The position numbers were made by a program, and so were the translations under genes. 64,000 bases of DNA from Macrostomum lignano (Eukaryota): NCBI GenBank assembly GCA_002269645.1, contig NIVC01002789.1, positions 1 to 64,000 on the forward strand, in the 5' to 3' direction. This document shows, piece after piece, positions 1 through 10,792 of this stretch (within the stretch, counting starts at the first letter, position 1; every line of letters begins with the position of its first letter). Under the pieces are notes generated by a model. It made no database searches. It was not told where the DNA came from and saw nothing but the letters and a program-made list of their open reading frames with translations.

Positions 1-729
1 GGGCCAGGCAGACTGTTTGCTTCTTGAAGCAGCAATTTCAGATTGTCCTCCGAGTAGCTGAGGTCGGCCTTGTTGGCAGCGATGAGTTTGACAGACCGGG
101 ACATGCCGGCGGAGAAGTGGTCCAGCTCGTCGCACAGGGTCTCCACCTGCCCAGGGGGTCCTGGGCGCCCAGGTCAATCACGCAGATCAGGCAGGGGCAG
201 CGGGCGATGTGGCTGCAGGTTGCGGTGGGATTGGAAAAGTACTTATGCAGCAGCCAAGGATGCCGGAGAATCACGCGGGCAACTCGTGGGCACTCGAATC
301 TGCGCAAAACTCGAAACTCCACAAACTCGAATCTCCACAAACTCGAAATCTCCACAAAAACAAACTCTAATCTCCACAAACTCGAAACTCCACAAACTCG
401 AATCTCCACAAACTCGAAAATTCACATCGCTAAAAAGTAACTCCCGCCATTACTAAAAACATCACAATTAGGAAGACGTGACATTTCGAGTTTATAAAAG
501 CGACCTGGCTTACTTGCTAACCAACTGCAAACTGCAGCCTTACCGCAGAAAGTCGTGGCCCAGGCCCTGGTTGTCGTGCGCCCCCTCGATCAGGCCGGGG
601 ATGTCCGCCACGCTGACGTCCAGACTGGGGAACTTCACCACGCCAACGTGAGGCTGCAGAGTGGTGAAGGGCTGGGGTGACACCCGCGGCCGCGCCCTGC
701 TCAGGGCCCTGAGCAGGGAGGACTTGCCA

Positions 730-761
<32 letters not shown>

Positions 762-1885
762 CAGCACGCGGAGCCGTAGCGACAGCGGCCTGCACTCGCC
801 TTTGGCTCCGTACTCGGCCAGCTGCGGCGCTCGATTGCTGTTGCTAAGGAAGAATGCGTTGCCCTTGCCGCCGGCGCCGCCCCTGGCCGCGATGTACAGC
901 TGGGGTTTGATGGGGTGGCTGCGATGTACAGCTGGGGTTTGAGGGGTGGCCGCGATGTACAGCTGGGGTTTGAGGGGGTGGCTGCGATGTACAGCTGGGG
1001 TTTGAGGGGGTGGCCGCGATGTACAGCTGGGGTTTGAGGGGTGGCTGCGATGTACAGCTGGGGTTTGAGGGGGTGGCTGCGATGTACAGCTGGGGTTTGA
1101 GGGGGTGGCTGCGATGTACAGCTGGGGTTTGAGGGGGTGGCCGCGATGTACAGCTGGGGTTTGAGGGGGTGGCTGCGATGTACAGCTGGGGTTTGAGGGG
1201 GTGGCCGCGATGTACAGCTGGGGTTTGAGGGGTGGCTGCGATGTACAGCTGGGGTTTGAGGGGGTGGCTGCGATGTACAGCTGAGGTTTGAGGGGGTGGC
1301 TGCGATGTACAGCTGGGGTTTGAGGGGGGTGGCTGCGATAAAAAAGTGCCCCTCAGCCGCAAACCGCAAACAACTTACCTGGCCGTCCTCCTGCAGCTCG
1401 CACAGCAACTGGCCAGCCTCATCAAAAACCTGCGTGCCAGGCGGCACGTCCAGCATCCGGTGCTCGCCGTTCCGGCCGTGGCAGTTGGAGCCGCCGCCGC
1501 CGCGACCGGCCTCGGCGCGAACCTCCGGCGGGATGGCGCTGAGGTCGCGTACGGACTCGCTGCAGCGCAGCACCACGTGGCCGCCGTGGCCTCCGTCGCC
1601 GCCGCCGGGCCCGGCCAGGGGGTTGCAGAACAGCCTGTTAAACGACACCATGCCGTCGCCGCCGCGCCCGCCCGAACACTGCAGCTGGCGCGAGTCGGCG
1701 AATCCTCGAACGTCGGCATCGCCGGCCGCCCGTCGCTTTCGGTGCAGCGGGCGAGGCGGCGACGTCGCCGCGGACGACGACGAAGCGAGGCGTCGACCAG
1801 CAAGCGACGACGACGACGGCAGCGCTCTGCCGAGAGCCAACAGCGACTGCGCCGTTCGGAGAAAAGTTGGCTGCAATATCAGGCC
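1..1885 (-). CDS. MTG2: Mitochondrial Obg-family GTPase (MTG2/GTPBP5-like). Exons 1885-1379, 899-544, 212-<1; 3' end outside the window; apparent 1-nt frameshift near 150-160
   Basis: Gly-rich Obg fold (GGRGGDG...[28 protein letters not shown]), G1 [10 protein letters not shown]2 PFTTLQP, G3 DIPG, HIARC, and G4 ANKAD in the shifted frame. Junctions CAG|gtaagt (1379), ccccag|CTG (899), CG|gtaagg (544), ctgcag|C (212) have consistent phases. Confidence 0.93.
306..420. repeat. ~16-18 bp minisatellite (aaactcgaaactccac) in MTG2 intron 2
   Basis: About 7 tandem imperfect copies visible. Confidence 0.85.
889..1340. repeat. 31-32 bp minisatellite in MTG2 intron 1; the unit spans the 3' splice site and first exon bases
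   Basis: Unit gctgcgatgtacagctggggtttgagggggtg, ~14 copies. On the minus strand it reads ...TCAAACCCCAG|CTGTACATCGC(A/G)GC, the same as the real acceptor plus exon-2 start. Confidence 0.95.
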
Positions 1886-1904
1886 CTGATTAGTACTGAT
1901 GATT

Positions 1905-2620
1905 TCAAAACAAACCGGAAGCAAACAAAGACAAACCGGAAGTCTAAGAAACACAAACCGGAAGCAAAAACACAAACAGGAAGAAAACAAAGACTCAAAC
2001 CAGAAAAAAACACAAACAGGAAGAAAACAAAGACTCAAACCAGAAAAAAACACAAACAGGAAGAAAACAGACACAAACCAGAAAAACACAAACAGGAAGA
2101 AAACAAAGACTCAAACCAGAAAAAAACACAAACAGGAAGAAAACAGACACAAACCAGAAAAACACAAACAGGAAGAAAACAAAGACACAAACCAGAAAAA
2201 CACAAACAGGAAGAAAACAAAGACACAAACCAGAAAAACACAAACAGGAAGAAAACAAAGACACAAACCAGAAAAACACAAACAGGAAGAAAACAAAGAC
2301 ACAAACCAGAAAAACACAAACAGGAAGAAAACAAAGACACAAACCAGAAAAAACACAAACAGGAAGAAAACAAAGACACAAACCAGAAAAACACAAACAG
2401 GAAGAAAACAAAGACACAAACCAGAAAAACACAAACAGGAAGAAAACGAAGACTCAAACCAGAAAAAAACACAAACAGGAAGAAAACAAAGACTCAAACC
2501 AGAAAAAACACAAACAGGAAGAAAACGAAGACTCAAACCAGAAAAAAACACAAACAGGAAGAAAACAAAGACACAAACCGGAAGCAAAAACACAAACAAG
2601 AAAGTAACAGACACAAATCT
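1905..2620. repeat. 38 bp minisatellite between TMEM70 and MTG2 (T/C-rich on the coding strand)
   Basis: Unit aaaaacacaaacaggaagaaaacaaagacacaaaccag, ~18 copies. Confidence 0.95.
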
Positions 2621-2798
2621 GAAGTCAAAAAGGACACAAACTGGAAGTTAAAACAAAGACTAAAAAATTATCAATTAAAAGCGACTGAAAGAAAGGAAGA
2701 CAAAAAATTGACTGAAAATCAGATTTGCATTTGTATTTTATAGCTAAGCAATGGAGCAATGCTAATATTCTATAGCAATAAAGGAGGCGCAGAAATCG

Positions 2799-3386
2799 CT
2801 ACTTGCTACTGCGGCCAGTAGTCTGTTGAAAAATTTTGGCCACAGAATCGAAGTCCAAGCTGGAGGCAGCGTCAACAAACAGTTTTGCACCGTTGCTGGG
2901 CACGCTTAAATTAGCAAACGGTATGCCAGTCTCTGTCAAGGCAACTTCGTCTGGCCGGAAATCGATAAACCGATTGCGCAACAACACAGTCTTGGTCACG
3001 GCTCGGTAGGCGGTGCCATCCGTGTTGGCAAACAGCCAGAACACGTAGGAAGATGTGAACAGGTGCAGCAGCAGTGGGGTGGCCAGGGAGAACAGGCCCA
3101 GACCTCCAATGAGCACAGCATCCACCGCTCCGCCCCTGCCAGCCATGATAACAAAGGCCTGGCCGCACAGCCCAGCACTGCTTGTGGCCAGCGAGAAAGC
3201 TTTCACGCCTCGAACCATCGCATTCTTGGGGCCCCGGTAAACTAAACGATAGTTGGAGCCGGCAAGCTGCTCTTCTGCTTGGCTTGCCTGGCACAGGGAC
3301 CTCTGGCTAGATTGACAGCTGGGTGGTAAACTCAAAAAGTTTGAATGGGTAGAAATTCTGATGATGGCTCTTGATGCAGACAGCAT
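2799..3386 (-). CDS. TMEM70: TMEM70-family mitochondrial ATP synthase assembly factor, intronless, ~195 aa
   Basis: RLVYRGPKNAMVRGVKAFSLATS...FSLATPLLLHLFTSSYVFWLF...YRAVTKTVLL matches the TMEM70 pattern (RLIYTG...GVKxFSxSTS...TPVLLHFITKGYV). Two hydrophobic segments. ATG at 3386 begins a presequence-like MLSASRAIIRIS. Confidence 0.85.
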   Translation of the reverse strand: MLSASRAIIRISTHSNFLSLPPSCQSSQRSLCQASQAEEQLAGSNYRLVYRGPKNAMVRGVKAFSLATSSAGLCGQAFVIMAGRGGAVDAVLIGGLGLFSLATPLLLHLFTSSYVFWLFANTDGTAYRAVTKTVLLRNRFIDFRPDEVALTETGIPFANLSVPSNGAKLFVDAASSLDFDSVAKIFQQTTGRSSK

Positions 3387-5218
3387 TGCAGAAGCAATGA
3401 AGCATGCAGTAGTCAGAAATAAAACTAAGTCAATGGACAGTGAAATTTTAGACTTTGTGCATATTATGCATCCATGATTTTTATACAATCTATAAGGAAT
3501 AATGTAAAATGATTGAATGAGGTTCGAAACATCAACTGTGGTGATGATGAAGATTTAATATGAAATATTACTGCACAAGAAAACTACTTAACCCTCTCGA
3601 TTTTAAACTGCCAAATAAGTTTTATTCATTTTTTGGCTAAAATTAATTAGTTGATATTCTCCCTAAATCTACTTATAAATCATTGTTAACTGTCACTACT
3701 CAATTTTTTTTTATTTTGCCTTTAAAATTAACAAAACAACAAAAAAGATCTCTTTTATTGAATGCAGAGTTTTATTTTCATAGGATTTCATACAGGAAAG
3801 ATATAATCATTCTAGTCTGATTATCAAGTCCATGGAGAGAACTCAGCTTTATATCTTAAGTCAAAAGCAAGCATTTGGTATGGAATAAGCAAGTGCTAGC
3901 ATAGTAATGGATCCAAATATTTGGATTTGAAATCAAAATGCATAAAATGTCTAACTTTTTTAGACATTTGAATGTTTTGAATTTAAAAATATTTCCAAAT
4001 ATCTGAAAATGTGCTTCTAAATATGAAAAAAATTCAAGAAACCAAAAAAATGTAAAAATTAAAGAATAAAACTTTTGAAAGAAGACAGTACATTAAAAAT
4101 TAAAATACTAAGTTTTATATTTTATTGTTCATTTTTACAATTGACAGTTTTTGCAATGGCATATATAGTTATAGTTATGATATAAAATGTTATTAAACTT
4201 TGGGACCTTTTAAGGCATTAAGCCTGAAGTTGAAAAGTTTTTCAGGTAATCATTTTTAAGTGTAATCATAACTTAGCTTTTCAAAATGCAAATGCATAGA
4301 CTATACAATATATATTTATGCATTGCATTATACATGTATTGTACTTTGAAATTAATTATCTGGATTCATCATTCATTTATGTGAGAGAGTTTACAAGAAC
4401 AATTCTTAGCACAAATATAGCCATGAACATATGTATATAATACAATACAATATAATATAATACATAATACAATAATATATATATAGGCCAAAAGGCCTAA
4501 AATATGCAGAGGGGCCTAACATAGGCCTAGTAAACAAAGTTACCATTATTTTAAAGTGCTAGGCCTAAAATTGAGAGTTGCAATTAATAGTGATCACATT
4601 TAGGCCCTAAAGGTTCACTGATTCAATAATTGGCTAATTGATGAAGTGGGTTGAGGGCATTCCATCTTATATACTAAATCTGAAAATGTTTGTAACTTTG
4701 TTTATAAGTTTCGCATCTCCTCTTGAACCACTTGGTAGATTTTCGTCAAATTTGTTTCATTCGATGTGGAATTCTACTGGGCCCATGTGGTCTAATTTTC
4801 ATTTTGATGTTGTAGTGTGAAGCCTCTGAAATTGGAGAAATACTGTATTTCGCCTATCTAATTAGTGTATTTTTCTCGCAGTCAGAGTTAAATTTTCAAT
4901 TTTATATCTATGGTGGTCCGTGAAGTTGACTACACGGCCGCAGCATCAGCAACAGCAGCAGCGGCGGCTCGAGTCTAAATAAAGTCTTTCAATATATAAA
5001 GCTAATTATATAGTGTATTTTTCTCGCATTGATTTTATAACCTTGAAGTTCTTTAAGGTGAGTTCAACCGGTGAGTTCAACCGGTGAGTCTGTTCAACTT
5101 CGATTCATTCATATTCGTGCTGGATTGGAGTGATTTGTCTGATCTTCTGTTTGTTTGTTTGTCGGCCTGAACCGGTTGACCGGTCTCAACAATTTCATGT
5201 GAATGTGTCTCTTAGTTT

Positions 5219-5579
5219 TTGATACCTGGGCGATTAATCATTAAGGAATTGCGAAACAATATCTTACAATGTCAAATTGCTGCTGGTCAATTCAAAGGCG
5301 AAACAGTTTTGTTGCCGCGTGTACCATTGATACCAAGTAATTTGGATCTACCTGTTAAGTTCAGAAGGCTACAATTTCCTCTACGACCCTGTTTCTGCAT
5401 GACTATTCATAAAGCACAAGGCCAATCCCTTGACGTAGTTGGAATTGACCTTGCAGGTAGCTGTTTTGCGCATGGACAGCTCTACACTGCACTTTCCAGA
5501 GCAAAAAAATGTTTGTAATGTTTGAGTTCGAATGTGCGGCAAAAGAACCAAAAATATCGTTTACCCAGAAGTTTTTTGA
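5219..5579 (+). pseudogene. Helitron RepHel PIF1-type helicase C-terminal fragment, frameshifted
   Basis: LPRVPLIPS...FRRLQFPLRPCFCMTIHKAQGQSLDVVGIDL...FAHGQLYTALSRAK, then TKNIVYPEVF* in another frame. Confidence 0.9.
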
Positions 5580-5832
5580 ATTGGACGTCTTTATTATCTA
5601 TTAATAATTTTTTATAATTCAATTTAAAAAAAATATGTTGCTATTTTACTATGAGCCACAATTAAATATTGAAAGTGCATGCTGTCACGCAAAACGTCTA
5701 TGAGAAAATGTGTGTCCTGAAACTGTATTTTTCGCGGAATGCATAAGCTTGAGATGCATTTCTAGCTTAAGATGAATTTCTAGCTGCAAGTAGTAAATTC
5801 CATTAAATTTGTCTTCATCGTTATGTTAAAAG

Positions 5833-6872
5833 ATGGCAAGCAAGCTAAGCAAGTTAACGATTTCTTCTCTCTCTGTCGGTCCCATGCACGGCGTAGTCTC
5901 CGGAATTACTTTGTTAAGAACTGAGGTAAGCTTCCATAATTTGCTATTTTGCTTCATATATATACTTTTTTTAAAAAATCAATCCACTTAAACAACATCG
6001 TTTTTTACTAAACCAGATTAGGGATGGCAAGAAGAACAAATGGTTTTCGTTTTTGATGTCAGATGAGTCAGGTGAAATCAGAGTGGCAGTTTTTGGCGAT
6101 GAGTTGCAAGAACACTGGAGCATTTGCGAAAACAGGCAAACAATCTCCATCTGTGAAGGAATGGTAAAGTGTGCTAATCCAAAATTCAACTGAACAAGCA
6201 ATATGCATGAAGTTACTCTGTCAATCAATGAGGATAACAAGGACTCTCTCCGCCAGTGTAGCGATGCGATAGTTCCCATAAATGGTCCGTTCAAAGCGCT
6301 CTCCGAACTACCAAGAATTGGAGTGAATGGGTAAGTCCATCCTCAAAATGTAGAATAAACAGGAAGATATATATACTTCACACATTTTCATTCTTCATAT
6401 TTTCAGTTTTGTTGATGTTCTCGGTGTCATTGTCAAAGTGGAACAACCCGTTGACGTCAACACGCGTTCCGGAAAGTTGGTGCAGCTCGCAAAAGTCTGC
6501 ATCGTAGACAAATCTGGTTTTCAGACTTTTTGCAACTTCTGGGACGCCTCTGCTACCCAGGTACATTTGTGGAGACCAGGAGACATAGTCGCTATTAGAA
6601 AAGCCAAGATTCAAGAGTACGCCGGCTCGCTTTGTCTTGCTTGCTCATCATCAACTATTTCGTATTCGCCTGTTCATGACACTGCTCAAGATCTGAAAAC
6701 CTGGTACGAAGAGTCCGAGAGCAGCACCCAATTTCTACCGCTAGCTAATAGCTCAACTATGGACATTACTGACACCGCAGCTGACGACGTGCTTGCATTT
6801 GAATTCCTAGCATCGATGCAGCCGCATATCGACCGGATGCGTCGAGTTGTTATCCGCTGTGGAGCGCAACGG
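5833..6872 (+). pseudogene. RPA70-like tandem OB-fold gene (Helitron cargo). Exons 5833-5925, 6017-6330, 6407-~6872; one premature TGA at 6191
   Basis: WFSFLMSDESGEIRVAVFGD (RPA70 DBD-A-like) and VDVLGVIVKV...DKSG...NFWD...VAIRKAKIQEY...SSSTISYSP...LKTWYE (DBD-B-like). GT-AG introns in consistent phase. Confidence 0.82.
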
Positions 6873-8220
6873 GTACTTATATATACATATGTATATTAAC
6901 GGGTATGATTTGACTTTTTAATAGATTGTACTTGAAGAACACATTAATACACTTTCCATTTTAGTACGTCGGCCTGTTGAACATTTGTAACGAATTCCTA
7001 TGAAAGATGGAAAGCTTACGGGAAACTCCCTGAAAAATACGGGAATCTGCTACAACCCCAAGTAACCGAGGATATTTTATGGTTAAATAATTATTTAGGA
7101 TATGCTGCAAGTAATTTTAGGTTGCTGTTTAAGTTAATTGTTGTCGATTACGTTAAGATTCAATGCTGCTGAAAATTTCAATTTGCTAGATCAAACTTTT
7201 GTTCTCAAACTTTCAAGCAAATTAACTACTACTTAAATTTGTTCCAGAATTTTTAATCGAATAAAACTAAACTAACCCAACTAACTAAACTATACTAACT
7301 AACGAAATTCACCCGCAAAAATACAATTGTAACCTTATGCCACATGCTAAAAGTAATAATTAAAAGCGAGTCTCTGAAATAAAAAGTGATAAGTTCGCCC
7401 GCAATAACTTCAACATGTCCATGGTCGGATGCTTTTCTTACTTGTTCTGTATATCAGCATACTTTTGAGTACAAAATGGACGTCAGTTTTATTTGATTGT
7501 TAATTTAGGCCTTAAAAATCCAATGGAAGATTGCGTCTAATCCAAAGAGAACTGTACAGTCTCCCCCCGAAAGGGGGGGGCAAATTCTCTAGTCCAATAT
7601 ACTAAAGTTGAAAATGCTTGTTTATATAATCTGCATCTCCTTTTTTTAAAGTGTTTGACGTACAGACATGGGATTTGCACCATTTGATGCAAAATTCTCC
7701 AGCAGTTGTATATGACTAATAAAAACAGGGTGTCTAACCTTAAGAAATGGGTGAAAATGTACAAAAACCTGTTTTTTCCTATCTCTCCAATGTATTTTGA
7801 CCTTGCTCCCTTGAATGATATAGTCTGTGGCAAAAACTGTGTATGTTAAAATTCTGCCAAGTAGCAACATGTATATTTTTCTATTTGTCTATTTGGGGCT
7901 AATATACTGCCTATGTTGAAATTCTACTAAACAGCTACCAGAGGTACATATTGCGCAGCTAAATAAACAATGAGAATATAGTCCGAAGCATCTAAAGAAT
8001 GAGTATACAAGTGCACAATCTGACAGACAGGATGCCACGCGTGCTCATGCTGATGAACTGCAAGCTAATGAGACAGATGTAGAGCACTTGGCTAGAGTGA
8101 ATGCTGTGCCTAGTTGCACTAAAAAAAGGTAAGCTGCTGAGACCAATGCTGAGCAACAGCCTCGCCTGAAATACAATAGAGTGCACAGAACTAAGGCACA
8201 TTAATATTACTGGCCCAGGT

Positions 8221-8640
8221 GATGCTCGAGAAAGTGTTCCATTTCTGATGCAAGATAGAGTTCAGATCTCTCCAATCAGGGGTGGTGGAAACTGTTTTTT
8301 CTGGGCAGTAGCTTATCAGTTTGCAGGCATGCCATTGCAAATACTCAACCATTGCAAAGTTGGAAGCTTAATGGCTACTGCTGCATCCAGACTGTTAATG
8401 GAACAGGCAGAGATTTTGTAGTCACAAGGCCTGAAAGTTGACGAGATTGTTTATGACACTCGATAAGATTGCGTTTATGTGCACAATTTTGTCGTACCTC
8501 TACTTGATAGAGTATTTGACCACAACTTGGAAATATATCAGCTAGACGAACGTAATGCTAGTAAAATGAATCTTCTTCAAGCTTCATTATCAGCCACCAG
8601 GCCACCTCTTGCCATTGCTAGGTTGCTCTATAGTATTTCA
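8221..8640 (+). pseudogene. OTU-like cysteine protease fragment with in-frame stops
   Basis: ISPIRGGGNCFFWAVAYQF resembles the OTU xDGNCxFRA motif; downstream LDRVFDHNLEIYQ; two stops in frame. Confidence 0.55.
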
Positions 8641-8689
8641 GTACTGTTATTGTGCCTCATATGTGCTCTACTCTATGAAACCATGCCAC

Positions 8690-9590
8690 TTTAACACCAC
8701 TTTTTTACGAAACCAGATACGAAATGGCACTAAGAACAAGTGGTTTTTGTTTGTGACTTCAGATGAATCAGGTGAAATCAGAGTGGCAGTTTTTGGCAAT
8801 GAGTTGCAAGAACACTGGGGCATTTGTGAAAATGGACTTGCTATTCCACAACGGAATGGTAAAGTGTGCCAACCCAAATTTCAATAGGACAAGCAATCCT
8901 TATGAAGTTACTCTGTCAATCACTGAGGACAACAAGGACTCTGTACCAGTGTAGCAATGCAATAGTTCCCATTGTTTGTCCATTTAAAACACTGTCTAAA
9001 CTACAGGGAATCGGATTAAATAGGTAAGTTCATGCTGAAAACATTTGAATAAACAAGAGAATTTTTTATTTCACATATCCTTCATTTCCATTCCTCACAT
9101 TAACAGTGTGGTCAATGTTCTCAGTTTTATTGTCAAAGTAAAGCAACCTGTTGACGTCAAGACGCATTCTAGAAAGTTGGTGCGGCTAGCAAAAGGTCAG
9201 CATAGTGGATAAATCTGGCTATCAAACAACTTGCAACTTCTGGGAAGCTTCTGCTTTTGAAGTACAATCATGGTGAACAGGAGATGTGGTGGCTATTCAA
9301 AAAGCTAAGATCTAAGAGTATTCCGGTTTGTTGTGCCTGAGCTGTTCTTCATCAACTATTTCATATTCACTTATTGATGATATGGCTATGGCTCAGGACC
9401 TACACAGCTGGTACGAAGAGCTTGAAAGCAGCACCAAATTTGTACCACTAGCCAACAGCACTACAATGTACAGAACTGTTGATACTGCAGCCAATGGCGA
9501 ACTGGCACTGGAATTCCCTGCATTGATCAGTCGCATTTTGACTAGATGCATCACATAGTTATCCGATATGGAGGAAAACAGGTAATTTTT
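8690..9590 (+). pseudogene. Second, more decayed RPA70-like copy
   Basis: Colinear with 6010-6870 (e.g. tcagatgaatcaggtgaaatcagagtggcagtttttggc), same intron position, several stops and frameshifts. Confidence 0.8.
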
Positions 9591-9824
9591 TGCCAGTATG
9601 ATTTTACCTATAATTATTCTTACTTCAAAAATGCACAAATGCACTTTTCATTTTAGTACATGGGCCTGCTGAATGTAATGAAGGATTGAAAAGTTTTGAA
9701 ACACGTGAGTCTACTGCAACCCAAGCTACTGAGGATTGCTTGCTGAAGATTTGTTTGAGTTTTTAACTACTGAGTTGTTAACTGAACATGACAAAAGTTT
9801 ACATAGCTATTGATGCTGTTTTGT

Positions 9825-9946
9825 TTTGTGCATGGTCAACTCTACACAGCCCTTTCCAGAGCAAAAAATGTTTTTCAAGTTCAAGTTTAGATGTTGGTTG
9901 TTGTCTAGTTAAAAAAAACGAAAACATTGTTTACCAGGAGGTCTAA
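9825..9946 (+). pseudogene. Second Helitron helicase C-terminal fragment
   Basis: FVHGQLYTALSRAKNVF and TKNIVYQEV-like tail; similar to 5460-5579. Confidence 0.75.
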
Positions 9947-10619
9947 ATAAACTAAAACTCAAAGCTCAAAAACTGCCTGTCTATTGGCTTCAATGCTCAA
10001 TTATCTAAATTCATGACTTTCCTTTAAGCTGTGTTCATACATGCTCTTCTTGAAAAAATATGACATTATTTTATTATGATGTGCGATAAAATACTGAAAG
10101 TATATATTGTCACGCCAAATTCACTCACTCCTTCTATGGGAAAAGCTTCTCCTTACACTGTGTTATTTGCAAGTGCATAATCTTGAGATAGTGAGAATTG
10201 CTTGCTTGCTTGCTAACTAAAAAATGGTAGCAAGCTAAGCTTTAGTTAGGCCTAGTACATTTTGACAACATATTAAAGACAAAATTCTAATAGCAAACAA
10301 GTATAAGAAATTTGTCTTTACTTCATTTTTTATAAACATAAAATACCACATTTTACTCATCAAACAGCATTGACCATTGTTACTCACATCTAGGCCAGCC
10401 TCATAGAGTCAGTTAGGCCTAGACCTAGTCAGTCTAGCAAAGGTCTAAAACATTAAACATACAAGACAATAGATATATCTTAATTCCCCACAGAACCCCC
10501 TTGACATATTACATATATATAGGCTCTGAGGACTGAGTTGCAGATCTAGAATTCAACTTCGTCTTGACTTCTAAGTTTAACTTAATAAGAAAGGCAAAAC
10601 ATATCAAAATATTAGCTTT

Positions 10620-10792
10620 GGAAGTGGTTATTTTACGGCTGAGCCATAGATATAGCCAGCGAGGTAAGTAATACAGTAAGTAATACTTACGGCTCAGCCG
10701 TAATAATAACAATTTTTGACATTTCTACGGCCAGCCGTAAAAATTAGAATTTGGGCTATATCTACGGCTCAGCCGTAAAAATAACCACTTCC
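10620..10792. mobile_element. 173 bp MITE with ~38 bp TIRs and a 9 bp TSD (Mutator-like)
   Basis: TIR ggaagtggtta(t)ttttacggctgagcc(a/g)tagatatagcc at both ends; ATTAGCTTT duplicated at 10611-10619 and 10793-10801. Confidence 0.9.

Larger units (their letters stand above)
4850..7592 (+). mobile_element. Helitron remnant (helicase C-terminus + RPA70-like gene + canonical 3' end); 5' boundary uncertain
   Basis: PIF1 helicase motifs, an OB-fold gene, and a hairpin ccccccGAAAgggggg (7563-7578) followed by CTAG|T at 7589-7593. Confidence 0.8.

Noticed and set aside
1-1885. Bacterial origin or contamination for the Obg GTPase
   Set aside because: Spliceosomal introns, presequence-like N-terminus and eukaryotic neighbours
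1346-2743. 465 aa plus-strand ORF and other K/Q/T-rich or F/V/C-rich ORFs
   Set aside because: Antisense shadow of MTG2 exon 1 plus the 38 bp array
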